DNA of 61,610 nt, filler included, from Sphacelaria rigidula (lineage: Eukaryota), in the NCBI GenBank assembly GCA_964200075.2. It is 10 parts of 10 records of this genome, joined end to end, with 100 filler letters (N's around TTAATTAATTAA, not from the genome) between each part and the next. Parts side by side here need not be neighbours in the genome. Positions count along the whole stretch, not along the records: positions 1 to 6,072 come from CAXNAA020022428.1; positions 6,173 to 12,244 come from CAXNAA020022429.1; 8 more parts are not named here. One strand, given 5' to 3'. The translations under genes and the position numbers were made by a program. Under the pieces are notes generated by a model. It ran no database searches, was not told the DNA's origin, and saw only the letters and a program-made list of their open reading frames with translations. This document shows, piece after piece, positions 1 through 11,251 of this stretch. Position 1 is the first letter of the stretch. Each line of letters begins with the position of its first letter.

Positions 1-66
1 CTCACTTAACGCGAATGATCAAAGCCACTCTCAATCGTATCATCTACTCTCAATCTCGCGAAAACA
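1..66. mobile_element. Right end of a ~295-bp TIR element (MITE family A), cut by the contig start
   Basis: gcgaatgatcaaagccactctcaatc...ctctcaatctcgcgaaaac matches the right ends of the copies at 231-527 and 2959-3248. Confidence 0.65.
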
Positions 67-230
67 CTGTTGATAACGTTTCAATAGATGGACACACGTG
101 CTCGGTCAAAGGGCTGAACTTTCTTCGATTTACTAATCGTTGATTCCCGTATCGTGATTCGAACACTCCTATGAGTGTCACTTGTACAAATCGCTGGACC
201 TTTATACTTCTCACAGTGACTGGCGCACAT

Positions 231-527
231 AACGTTTTCGTGAGATCAAGAGTAGAGAATAATACCATTGAGAGCAAAAAGCGGTCAATTAGTGGATGAA
301 TCGTTTCAGTTCCGAAATGCCCCCCCGCAAGACCCAATATGCTTCCTATAGTAGCTTGCCACTGAGGCTCTTGATATCCCTGAGTGGGATATCGACTTGT
401 AGCTGTAAGCACACGCCAGTAATGGAGGCAAATAAAAGCACACACTGAACGAAAAAATGGCCAAGTTAAAGCGAATCATCAAAGCCACTTTCAATCAGCG
501 TTCTGCTCTCAATCTCACGAAAACGTT
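231..527. mobile_element. MITE family A, full copy
   Basis: Terminal inverted repeats aacgttttcgtgagat...atctcacgaaaacgtt; colinear with 2959-3248 along its length. Confidence 0.7.
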
Positions 528-863
528 GGTACATTTGTTTTACGGGGGAAACACGCAACCAAGAATTGTGCTCAATTGTTGACTGCCACAAAACTTCTCT
601 GTTGTCAATTTCCAGGGTATCTTACCGCGCATCTGAAATGTTCCATATGGCGTATCAAGGATGCCACTAGTAATCGCCATTATCTCCTGCCGTCCTGTCG
701 GCGGCCGGTGATAAACGTAACTAACTTCGGTTTACATGCTTGTTGTCGAAATCATCGAGTAGCGGACTCCTTGCTGTTGTCTAGCACAGGTCGCGTGACC
801 CCCTTTGCGATCACACGGGACTTTCGACGCATTGTCGCTCTTCGCACAGCATCGGCAATCTTG

Positions 864-2639
864 CTAGCTTTTATTGTCCTTCACGAGGCGACCTGATTGA
901 CATCCTTCGCCGCCTCTCTGTGATGACACATGATACCCTTTGTTGGCTAACTCAGTATCGGAGTAGACCGGTTCGCCGACACAGCTCCCCTGACTTGACT
1001 CAATCGATGCCGCGGCTGGATGAGGCATAGCCGCAGGTGTACCATCAACGATCACGTGCTCCAGTTTCTCATTTGTCAACTTAGCCTTTTTGCGACGACT
1101 ATCACTACCTGCTGTTGATGCTTGCTGGCACCGTGATTGCTTTGCCTCTGTTATCCTGTTATCCCGCCCCAGGTGCTCATGGTTCATCGCAGCTCCAACT
1201 GTCATCTGTCTGGCTACACGAGGATTCAGCTTGGCCAGAACAGCTGACGTGAGGTAGCGATTGCGTTGCCGTGTTTCATCTCTAGAGGTGATCGATGCTA
1301 CTGGAGGCAATGGCGTTAACGCGTCGTGGGCTCTGTTCGTGGTCGGTACACAAAGTGGCCAGCCAGGGAGGCATGGAGGTGTGGACTGTTGGTTCCTGCC
1401 ATTCGGTGGTCCCGGTGCTCCGGTTGCTTCGAAGCTGGAGTACTGGGGGCCCTGTGCGAGGCCACGTTTTGCAGCAGCTATGAAGCGATTCTGGCGTATG
1501 GACAGCAGAGTGGCGTCGGCAGCATCAACACCGTGAAGAATATTCTTTGTTCCCCTCGCCGTGTCAATTGTACCAGCCACCGCTTCGAGGTGGAGCGTCG
1601 TTGGTGACGCTTCACTAGCTGGGATTTTGGAATGGAATACAGATGCTATCAAAGTGCCAGCATGATGGCAGGAGCCCGGACTGTATACAGACAGTGGTGG
1701 AGCTGAAGTACGACGTGCACGATTCAATGTCGTAGTGGTAGTTTGCTTCTCCACCCGAAGGGCGGGTGTAGGTGCAGGTGTAGCGCCGCAAGATCGAGTT
1801 GGCGTTCCTTTGTTGGAGTTTTGATGTGCACCGGTTGACTCGTGAGCGCCGATGATAACGGCGCTCGCGTTGCCACTATATGACAGCACCTTGACTGACG
1901 TGGACATATTTGCTAGAGTCGTGACACCCTGCTGGTATTTTGTGTCCCGTACTCCACGACCTCCAATATTCCCTTTTGCGATGACGGTCTTGAGCACCAA
2001 AGTGCCGAGGGATGCCACGATGCTTTTCTTCTTCCCAGGCAATGCTAAGGCAACTGAACCTCGCGGAACGGGCAGAGCTTCACCTGCCGACGCGTGCGAC
2101 ACTGGTACAGCCGGACTGGTTCGCGCAAAGTCGTGTCTTGCAGTTGGTGCGGCTTCAGCTTTTCGAGCATCATCCACACTTCCGAGTGGGATGACAAAGG
2201 GAAATACTTCGCTAAAATACGGGTGGACTAGCGCCTGTATCGGCGTGAGGCGCTCGTCTGGGTCCAAGCAGAGCATCCCAGCTAGAAAACTTAGGAGGCG
2301 TGGATCTATTCTGGCGATGCTGAACCTGTTCCTGCCACCACTGCTGCGCCCGAAGTCGGCGGCACTGATTAACCGTTGCAAATGAGCATAGGCCACCTGC
2401 CACCTGTGCGGCTTGGAAGCCTGTGCTTGGCCCGTCCGCTGTTGCAACCCCGCACTCTTCTCGACTTTTGAAGACCCCTTGCCGACACTAGCATGGTGGA
2501 ACAAAAGCGTGCAAGAGCGCTCGCAGGTCCCACGAGCTTCAGTCGTTTCCCGTACTCCTTCCATCGCTTGGGGTTCTATCCAGCAGCAACAGCAGCATCC
2601 AAACTCACCATCTTCGATTCTGCCCTCATTTGCGGTAGA
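864..2639 (-). CDS. Large exon of a Ser/Thr protein kinase (C-lobe end, subdomain XI, CMGC-like) followed by a long low-complexity tail; partial gene
   Basis: LLSFLAGMLCLDPDERLTPIQALVHPYF matches kinase subdomain XI within a 616-codon ORF. Pyrimidine tract plus gtgcag| acceptor in phase 0 at 2640/2639. The 3' end (stop at 864 or an earlier donor) is uncertain; upstream kinase exons were not found on the contig. Confidence 0.75.
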   Translation of the reverse strand, partial: STANEGRIEDGEFGCCCCCWIEPQAMEGVRETTEARGTCERSCTLLFHHASVGKGSSKVEKSAGLQQRTGQAQASKPHRWQVAYAHLQRLISAADFGRSSGGRNRFSIARIDPRLLSFLAGMLCLDPDERLTPIQALVHPYFSEVFPFVIPLGSVDDARKAEAAPTARHDFARTSPAVPVSHASAGEALPVPRGSVALALPGKKKSIVASLGTLVLKTVIAKGNIGGRGVRDTKYQQGVTTLANMSTSVKVLSYSGNASAVIIGAHESTGAHQNSNKGTPTRSCGATPAPTPALRVEKQTTTTTLNRARRTSAPPLSVYSPGSCHHAGTLIASVFHSKIPASEASPTTLHLEAVAGTIDTARGTKNILHGVDAADATLLSIRQNRFIAAAKRGLAQGPQYSSFEATGAPGPPNGRNQQSTPPCLPGWPLCVPTTNRAHDALTPLPPVASITSRDETRQRNRYLTSAVLAKLNPRVARQMTVGAAMNHEHLGRDNRITEAKQSRCQQASTAGSDSRRKKAKLTNEKLEHVIVDGTPAAMPHPAAASIESSQGSCVGEPVYSDTELANKGYHVSSQRGGEGCQSGRLVKDNKS

Positions 2640-2958
2640 CTGCACGGACCATGTGTGGGCGAGATCGAAAGTGGAAAGACGAGTGCAAAGAGCAAAAAAA
2701 TTGGGCAGCAACATGCACAGCGAGGGCGAGAATTAGGGGCCAAACGTCGGGTTGGGTTGCTGGGTGAGCGACCCATACTGCTCCGGTGCGGCAAGTAAAA
2801 CTTGAGTGGCGACAGAGACACAACGCCAATGCGAATGAAACACGAGGGAGCAAGCTTTTTTCAGCCATCCCTTTTGAAGTTCGGTAGAGCCTCTTGAAGA
2901 TCGTGAACTGATGGGGTTGGGTACTGGCGCATTCAACCAGGATCCGGCATATTGAACA

Positions 2959-3248
2959 ATGTCTTCGCAAGGTTGAGAGAAGAGGATACGATTGAAAACG
3001 TAGCGGTTAATTCGTGAATGAATCGTTTCAGTTCCGAAACGCCCCTCCATGAGGTCCGATATTCTTTCCGTGGTAGCTCGTCACTGATGCACTTGCTTTC
3101 CCTGAGTAGGATATCGACGTGCAGCTGTAAGCACATGGCAGTGATGGAGGCAGAAAAAAGCACACACGGAATGAAGAATTGGCTAAGTTGAAGCGAATGA
3201 TCAAAGCCACTCTCAATCCGCGCTGAACTCTCAATCTCACGAAAACGT
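2959..3248. mobile_element. MITE family A, second full copy, same orientation as 231-527
   Basis: Shares gcggtyaatt.gtg.atgaatcgtttcagttccgaaa.gcccc and the aagccactctcaatc...atctcacgaaaacg end. Confidence 0.7.
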
Positions 3249-3560
3249 CATGGGCTACGTTTGCAGCGAGTACATTTGATATTATCAGTACACTAATCGC
3301 AGCTGCGCCGCGACCACCGATGCCCTGAGCTGGTGAGTGGCACCCGCTGGAGGCGCCCCACCGGAGGCCCTTTTTTTCGCACTTCGTCTTCTCTGGGCAA
3401 CAATTTTCCATCCATTTTTCACGATATGTGGAGGCATGGACTCGGGAGAAAGGATCGAACAGGACACCTGATAATCCCTCAAAAACCGGTACTATTAGCT
3501 AGGTAAATTGGCGAAAAACAATTACACGAGGAATGTGCCTCACACCGAGCGAAGAAGAAC

Positions 3561-4188
3561 GGGGCTGCGCCCCGGTCCCGTCCGTTTTTTTCGAGGGTCT
3601 CGGTATTCTCGCCTTGCCAAGCCCTCGTGAGAATCGATCCTCTCTCGAAATGTTCATCCCCGTCGGAAACATTGCAGGACCACCGCGATCGCGCGTCCGT
3701 TCGAACGGTCGCGAGCGCATGTGCACCCCCGCACGAAGTTTGGCACAAATCCGCGTACCGGGCCCCTAGCATTATCATTGGCCCGAACAGTCATCTCCCG
3801 GGGCGGGTGCGGAGAAACTTGCACACTGAAATCAGCAATGAATCTCGTGGACGCCTCGTTACAAAGTATGCTTGACGCTCGTGAGTTCGAAATATTCTAT
3901 ATATATATATATACTACAAGTCGCACGGGACCTGGGGCTGCGCCCTGATCCCGTCCGTCTTTTTCGAGGGTCTCGGTATTCTTGCTTTGCCCAGCCCTCG
4001 TGAGAATGGATCCTCTCTCGAGATTTTCATCTTGCATACTCCAAACAAAAACACACGTAAACTCTTCCAGGGTTGCAAGTGTGAACGACGAGCAAAAGTG
4101 GGTATCGAAGACAGTAGAGCCCCCCGGCCCCGCCCGTCTTCTCAGAGGGTCGCGGTATTCTTGCCTTGCCAAGCTCCTGTGAGGAATG
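3561..4188. repeat. Local ~100-bp direct repeat in three diverged copies (about 3561-3658, 3933-4031, 4120-4188)
   Basis: ggggctgcgccc...cgagggtctcggtattct.gc.ttgcc.agccctcgtgagaat recurs; the third copy is partial. Confidence 0.75.
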
Positions 4189-4479
4189 ATTATTGCTTAC
4201 AATTTCTTGTTGTATAGGTTGTTGATTCTATCCTTAGTCGGTGGCTCTGCGGTGCCCACTGGTGTATGTCTGTATCTAGTCTGCTGCCCTGAATCCCTCG
4301 GGCTCCTCCTTTTTATAATTATTTGATTCCATTTTTTTTCAGGTGGACCATCTCTTTCTGTGCTTTGCTTCTGCTGATTTTTTCTTCCTTTACTACTATT
4401 ATTTTTTTTGCGTCTTAGTTACGGTGTCGTTCTATTCGACTCTTCTCTGCTCCTTCGTTTTCTTGAAGGAGTCTTGCAG

Positions 4480-4698
4480 TTTTACTTTTCTCGGGTACGT
4501 CTATGATGCGACCACGGCTGTACCCATGGGTGGTCAGTTCAAGTGCGACAATCAATAAATCAATCAACCGATCATACGGAAGCAATGAGACGCGAGAAAG
4601 AGTACTGGATTGCGGGTGGAACGACGAGAAAAAGTGCATAGGAAAAAGATTGCAGCGCGACTGTAGCATTCCCTCTGCTCGCACCGATGCCTTCGAGG
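4480..4698. repeat. Diverged dispersed repeat shared with about 48935-49127
   Basis: ctcgg.tacgtc...atg.gac.acggctg and accgatgcctt.cgag blocks occur in the same order on two contigs. Confidence 0.5.
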
Positions 4699-4991
4699 TT
4701 ATTGTGTTTCTTTACAAAAAAGACGATACTGGTTGACGGAAGTGGGGAGGGATAATATTATGATGGGAACAAAGCTTGCGAGACCATGAGGAATAGGACA
4801 GCGGGTAAGCATGATGACAGGCCGTGCGGTGATTGCAATGCAAGACAAAATAAATCGGCTCCCGGTGTAGAAAAGTTGTGTTCTTATACGGCACCACCAG
4901 CATAGAAAAAATACCCGACCCAGAACTCGAACTCGACTCCCGGTGTGAAGAAACAGTATTCTACTCACGCACCAACAGCAAAAAACGTGTA

Positions 4992-5061
4992 GATGGAACA
5001 GGGTTCGAACCCATGCCGGCGTCACGCACAGGTCAAACATGTTCCGTTCAGCTACAGAGTA
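4992..5061 (-). mobile_element. tRNA-like head (probable tRNA-derived SINE or pseudo-tRNA)
   Basis: Minus strand has A-box-like TAGCTGAACGG and B-box GGGTTCGAACCC at tRNA-like spacing; no intact cloverleaf. Confidence 0.5.
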
Positions 5062-6072
5062 GCTACACATAACAAAACCGAACCGCCAAATTTCATCTTC
5101 TATATATGCCAAACTTAGATATACTATTAGCATAATTCCAACATATATTATTTTCATCCATCATGTTTGTCCACATTCCGCGTCTCTGGACGCAGGTGCA
5201 ACAATTACGGGGCCTGAGAGCGCACCATTGCCCCGAAGTCCGACGCACCAGCGGCCAGTATTTCATTCTTCCGTTTCTCTGTGATCAACAGCGTCTTTTG
5301 CTTTTTCTTGAAAAATTGCGCTTTCGCCGATTTATTCATTCAGAATTTCACAATTTTTCGCGACTTCGCCACCACTGACTGCTTTACCCCTCTGTCGGAA
5401 TTTCACTTTTTCGGCCACTTCGACCACTGACAACTCCATCTCTCTCGGATCATCATACTCTTTTCTCTTGCCACTTCGGCACCACCTCACGAGTGACTTC
5501 GGCAGCCGTTTGCACGGAATTCACCCTGGAATCAGTGGCGTTTTCAGCCGTTTGACCTCCTTTCGCGCCCAGTGACGCTCCCGGCCCTTTGACTACCGTT
5601 TCGCAATATTTAATTCTCCCGTTTCTCTGTGATCACTACAGGTTTTTTTTCCGTTTCCTCTCTACGGACTTCAAAACAATTTTTTTGTTTTGTCTTCAGT
5701 CCATTTCGAGTCTCCTTCCCGGCCGTCCGCACCTCTCTCGCTGTTGGCGACACCTACCTCTCTACTTCTCCACCACTACCCAACTTGCCTCATTTCTGCA
5801 GCAGTTTGTTTTGTTGGAGCTCACCGCGTGCCGCGCCTGGCGCGAAGGTGCCCCGTACACCCTAGGGTAGTGTAAACGCACTCGAATGTCACCGCTAGTA
5901 AATATGCCTTACCTGAGATCGCTCCGGCCGAGCGCTCCAACGCAGGCCTTGATATCTTTGAAGAGATGTCGATTTCACAAATTTATTTTTTTATGCCGTC
6001 AGCAAATGGAGACCTGCGGCGGTCCAAGGCTTTGCTTTGTTATAAGCCCCCTTCTACACAAAATCCGCGTCG

Positions 6073-6172
6073 NNNNNNNNNNNNNNNNNNNNNNNNNNNN
6101 NNNNNNNNNNNNNNNNTTAATTAATTAANNNNNNNNNNNNNNNNNNNNNNNNNNNNNNNNNNNNNNNNNNNN
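6073..6172. other. Artificial contig spacer
   Basis: N44-TTAATTAATTAA-N44, stop codons in all six frames. Confidence 0.98.
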
Positions 6173-6321
6173 TGCACCTAGCCACAGCTGCTCAACTTCT
6201 GCGAACATTTGGGGAGGAAGATGGCTTCGCTCGGTCGCAAGTGTTTCGCGTCATCCCTGCAAGAGAGAAATGCCACTTCAGCCCCATTTTTCAGATGGAC
6301 TCCATTTTCCAGGATCCACTG
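6173..6321. mobile_element. End of a CAGnGGATCC-terminated TIR element running off the contig start
   Basis: Reverse complement of 12099-12244 over about 140 bp; ends in ggatccactg. Confidence 0.7.
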
Positions 6322-6370
6322 TTACTCGTCGTTCACAGAACCATGCAAACCCCACACAACTTATTCCCAG

Positions 6371-6732
6371 CTACCACCGCAACCCTTCAGCATAGAGCAC
6401 GAGTTGGGCACAGGGATAGATACACCGCAGTAGTTGGGTATGATGTGCGTATTTCCTTTTGGCGAAAACCTGGGCATATAGTATTTTTTCATGATAAGGA
6501 TCGGCGACGGAGCTGCGTGGTACGGCGGCGGACGACCGACTTGCGTATACACTCATGGACAGTACAGGCAGTTCAAAAATGCACGTTGTTCAAACCCTTT
6601 TCATGTCGCACTGCGAGCAGAGAGTACAGATAGATAGTCCTGCGCTGTCTGTACTGTATTTCGCCCGCGCCTCTTTTACGTCCTACTGTACGAAAGACGC
6701 ACACACGCACACTCTGGCTCGTACTATTTGCA
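6371..6732. repeat. Dispersed ~360-bp repeat shared with 59386-59772
   Basis: Colinear blocks cagcatag.gcacgagttg.gcacag, gcgta.ac.ctcatggacag and gtactatttgca. Confidence 0.75.
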
Positions 6733-7602
6733 ACGTGTATCGCAGCTGACGCTATATAACACCCCCGATCAAAACTTGCACGCATGCAAATGGTAGCGAT
6801 ACATAGCGTATACCCGATATTCTGCAGTACGACATCGCACGTTTCTGCACGGTACGGTACGGTCCGGTACAGCACCATAACGTGCTTGTACTGATTCGTA
6901 TCCCTATCAAAGTGCAAACCGCGATCAACGTTATTCGACGGCCTTACTTTGTTTCTACGTGCTTTTTTGTACAAATGTATGAAGTAATCGTGCACTGGGG
7001 ACTACATCGAAAGTGTAGTATCTATTCTATACACAGAGCGTACATTCGTGATATCAACCATCAACGGCTGTCACTTCGTAGCATGGCCGTGCATACATAA
7101 ACTGGCAGCCAGTATATGAGATTTCTACAGCAGAAGCTTGTGACGCAAGCCAGACGAAGAGCTGCTAAATCACTGCTGTTTGAGGGACTCCCTAGTCTCA
7201 CTGGCCTTAGTTTCAATTGTTTACAACATTTCATTATCCGGAGTGCCGTTACAAGTACAGCCTGATAGACCTCTCAGGGTATCATCCCCGTGTCCCAGGT
7301 CATTATCGAGAATCCTCCCAGAATCCTCCAGAATCCCCGTGCTGCCGGTCATTATCCAGATCATCACCACGAACTCAACGTAACGACGGAAATTCGTCAC
7401 AGGCTGTTTGAAATTCTCGTTTGCCCAATCGATATGAATTGGCGGGCAACACGAGGATTAGTTTTCACAATTTCTGCTGTCCCAATCTCATAGACTGACA
7501 AGAATATAGTATATGGGATTTGTACAGAAGAGGCTTTTCGAAGGCCCTCGTTTTTCCCAGCTTCAGGGTAACTTTTCGGGCAAAATGAGGACATTTGACC
7601 AA

Positions 7603-7890
7603 TCTCTGCTGTTCAAGTTTCACATACAACTGCGTCAAATCGAATTTGAGGTTCATCATTCGGGAGAGGTTGAAGTCATCATCGGAATTTCATTCATTTC
7701 GTGCAGTAGGCTCGGGGTACGCAAGCAGGTTCGGCCGTGTAACTTTAGGTCAGAAATTTCTGTGCGGCAGCTCAAGCATGATGAGCAGTTCAAAAGAAAA
7801 CCCACCGTCAGGGTGCGGCATTTTTTCAACAGGATTTGCCTCTAAGCGCTGCATAACACGTAACAGGGCGATGTCCCCGTCGCGCAACTG
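7603..7890. repeat. ~290-bp repeat, inverted partner of 9093-9395
   Basis: cgtaacagggcgatgtccccgtcgcgcaactg is the reverse complement of cagttgcgcgacggggacatcgccctgttacg; similarity continues across the block. Confidence 0.8.
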
Positions 7891-8695
7891 CAGAATATGG
7901 CTGGAAAAGAAACAGGTAAAACAGTGTTTAAGGGTACTGTAGTACATTTTCCCCTGTTAAGAATCAAAATTTCCTTGCTTGAATGGTTTATACCCGTTAC
8001 AATGTACGACTGGTTTCCTCGAAAACCATCCGTCCCTTCACGACTTCCCCTGGGCGCTGAAAAACACGGTGTAATTGTTTCTCGTCATATCTAAGGAAGA
8101 CCAAGCCAACGCTTTCCCTGGCTGGTTCAGAGCCCCCTTGTATGAGAGATAATATATATACTTCGAAAAACTATACGATGGCCGTCAGGATACTGTTTTA
8201 GTGCACTAGGAGCTAGAGTTTCCAGACAACAGGCTCACCTACCTGGTGGAAGCTGCTACAGGGTGCAATAGATGAAGCCGTGTCTCTCCTGCACACTTCC
8301 TCCTACGACATGCTCAACACTACTGCAAGTAAGTGATAAAGCACATCTTCTGCACATATATACATGGTTGTGCAAAGGTACGAAAATGACGGGGAGTGGC
8401 TGTATCTGCTGTTTTTTTTGTCACCTTATCTGCGGGTTGTAAATAAAAAAACGGGATGCAAGCACGCTGCACGATACAGCGATGCAGCCCACCCCAAAAC
8501 CAGTTCCCAACACCGCCACGAAGAAAGTGACCATACAAGGGGTGCTAGCTGGTTCAGACTGGATGAAGCGCCTCTCATGAGCGTGACTGGCGAAACAACT
8601 CTACGCGTGGCAGTTTTCACCATCTCGTTGTGTGTATTTCCACTTTTGTTTTTGTTCGTTTCACCCAACTGACAGGATTTCCCCCCGGGGCTGTG

Positions 8696-8940
8696 GACTA
8701 ATGCCGAGATAGCCCCCCCACAAAAAGTGCACCGGAGCCGTCCAACAAACCGGCTGCGATCCTACTATTGGGCTCGTTTGCAGCAATTTCGCACACATGA
8801 CAGGCGTGTAGCAGTCCAAAATCGGCTATAACGCACAGATGAGTCGCGTCGTGCAGCACGAAACCAGCTCTAACGGCATTTATGATCATTGCCTCCGTGA
8901 ACTTTTGTGGCCGGTTCGGGGGGGGCTATCTCGGCAGCAG
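8696..8940. mobile_element. ~245-bp MITE-like element, second copy inverted at 58858-59107
   Basis: Inverted repeats tgccgagatagccccccc...gggggggctatctcggca; interior colinear with the other copy. Confidence 0.75.
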
Positions 8941-9092
8941 CCGCTGCTAGGAGCTTAGTAGAGGTTACAGAGGTGCGGTAGCTCACGCTCGTGTCAGCGC
9001 AGCAGGCGAGCACCTCGCTGCTACATTTTCTCTGCTCTTCACTTCGAAAGTATGTATGTACGCAAACGGCCAGCACCGTGCTTGCGTCAGCG

Positions 9093-9395
9093 GCAGTTGC
9101 GCGACGGGGACATCGCCCTGTTACGTGTTCTGCAGCGCTTAGAGGCATGTCCTGTTAAAAAAGTGCCGCCCCCTGACGGTGGGTTTTCTTTTGAACTCCT
9201 CATCACGCTTGGGCTGCGGTATAGAAACTTCTAAATTAGAGTTACATGGCCGAAACTGCTTGCGGATCCCGAGCCTATTGGATGAAATAAACGAAATTTC
9301 GATGTCGACTTTAACCTCTCCCGAATGACGTGCCTCAAATTCGATTTGACGCTGTTATACTGTACTGCCAGTATATAGGATTTGAACAGCAGAGG
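9093..9395. repeat. Inverted partner of 7603-7890 (possible DNA transposon end beginning CAGTTG)
   Basis: Reverse-complement alignment by eye. Confidence 0.8.
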
Positions 9396-10067
9396 CTGTT
9401 CGAGATAAATCTTCTCTCTTCCCAATTGAATAAATTGGGCAAAACGAGGAATTATTTCACACCCTGGACAATATATGTTCAATAGATGCAATAGGCGAGA
9501 AGTGTACTGCATAAATCAGTACGTTTCTTGTCTACTGCAACTATTGAGCATATAGTATCCAAGGTGTGAATTATTTCAAACGGCCTCTGCTGTACGAATG
9601 CCATATATGCTGTAACAAGTATGGGATTTCCACATCACGAGTGCCTTCAGAAACGACCCAGGGGATTTCGCATTGACACAAACCATATCGAGGGATACCC
9701 CGAAGTTGAAAACCCTCTAGAGGATTTCGAATACCTAATATCCTCTAGTAGTGTGGAGTTCCAAAACGGACGGCATGTCGGGACACGTTTGAAAATTCCA
9801 CTATAATATTTCCGAGACTAGCCGAATGGACCACGTGTGACGATGTTCAAGGAAGAGAGATAATTGTTTTCTGTGCAGTTTTTTCATGCCTTATAAACAA
9901 CCCGAACGACAAAGACGCGCATGCGATTGCCAGCCCACACACAAGAGCATAACCTCCTTCCAGGATTCCATTCATAACCTAATTTTGTACATTCTCTGCA
10001 AATCATATCTGCCGCCCTGAACACTCCACATCATTAATTGCCTTGAAAGCGATCGATTCGGGGGCGT

Positions 10068-10130
10068 ACTCATTTGTTGCTTGCCTTAGTCATTTGACCA
10101 TTGACCACGCATCCCTTTCGAGACGGAGCA
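10068..10130. repeat. High-copy short repeat (also about 33688-33750, 37029-37091, 48337-48400; inverted about 48150-48290)
   Basis: actcatttgttgcttgccttagtc.tt.gaccattgaccac..atc.ctttcgagacg.agca recurs on four contigs. Confidence 0.8.
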
Positions 10131-10263
10131 GGGGGTGGCGCGAAGCACCCGAAACCTCAGACCAACCATACGAGCTACATTTTCAGTGGAAATCCTTCCC
10201 ACAGACAGGTGCCATTTCGCTCTAGACGTCCGGAAGGCGAGCATTTCGTCTTTGCCTGATTTT

Positions 10264-10350
10264 AAGTCATCCTACGATAGGGGCAGGGGGTATTTGATTA
10301 CACGAAAAAAGAGGCCCACAGGTGTGTCAGACGACCTGCCACACTCGCGG

Positions 10351-10393
<43 letters not shown>

Positions 10394-10728
10394 CGTCTTC
10401 ACATTAAAAAACCGTTCCGATGTCTGCGCGGCACGACCGTCCTGCGCATCTGATGCGGCCGCCTCCCGCCGNNNNNNNNNNGATATCTGCGCGGTACGTT
10501 CGTACTGGGCATCTGATGCGGACGCCTTCCGTGGTCACAGGCTAGCAAAACGCGGTGCGCTTGTATTGGTTGAAAACGGTGTCAAACAGTATGTCAAGTA
10601 GTATGAATGGGCGTTACATGTCTATAACAAGCTCGTTCGAACGCCGGCTGCTACTTTCAACGACGGTTTGACTTGGAACTTCGTGCAAGGAGTGGTCTGA
10701 AATACCCCCCCCCACCGTAGGACGACTC
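10264..10728. mobile_element. GAG...CTC MITE (family B) interrupted by a retroposon
   Basis: Degenerate TIRs aagtcatcctacgatagggg...ccccaccgtaggacgactc; interior matches the uninterrupted copies at 44863-45127 and 48396-48660. Confidence 0.7.
10352..10550 (-). mobile_element. Short retroposon (SINE or LINE 3' end) with (AAC)n tail and 6-bp TSD CGCGGT
   Basis: (GTT)n at 10350-10393; CGCGGT at 10346-10351 and 10551-10556; homolog with a caacaacaac tail at 19954-20050. Confidence 0.75.
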
Positions 10729-10828
10729 TTCTATAGTACCATCCATTTCCATTTTCGTCACATGGTATTCCCTGCAAACAGGCGTCATTTCGGTGGAGAC
10801 GCTTGAGAAGCCGGCATTTCGCCTTCAA

Positions 10829-11251
10829 CAGAGGATCCTCGAAAATGGGGTTGAAGATAAAAATGAGCTTCAACTCGAAAACAGCGCATTCCCTGACCTG
10901 AAGTCTTCACAAATGCCTTTCATATGGATAACCTCATGCCCTCCGACCCCCTGGAACTATTTTCGGGGGATTACGCCTTTCGTTCCCCCAAAGGGTATGT
11001 GCGAAAAAACAATTTTACCTCGATTTCGAGGCGGAAAAAGGGACGCTTTTGACTCCGAAAATCGTGCTTTCGCACACATCCTTTCTTTGGGGGAACGAAA
11101 GACGGGAAACCCTCAAAAATAGTTCTAGGGGGGTCGGGGGGCATGAGGTCGTCCATATGAAAGTCATTTGTCATGACCTCAGATCAGGGAAAGCACTGTT
11201 TTGAAATTGAAGCTCATTTTTATGTTCAACATCATTTCTCAGGATCCTCTG
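10829..11251. mobile_element. 423-bp foldback MITE with ~170-bp imperfect TIRs
   Basis: cagaggatcct...aggatcctctg termini; arms pair through aaaaatgagcttcaa/ttgaagctcattttt and ttcgttcccccaaag/ctttgggggaacgaa. Confidence 0.85.

Noticed and set aside
6117..6128. TTAATTAATTAA as a periodic biological motif
   Set aside because: Always embedded in N44 runs; a synthetic six-frame stop linker.
10420..10535. Tandem duplication inside the AAC-tailed retroposon
   Set aside because: The two versions flank a 10-N gap and the left one looks like an error-rich read-through of the right; the copy at 19954-20050 has one version.
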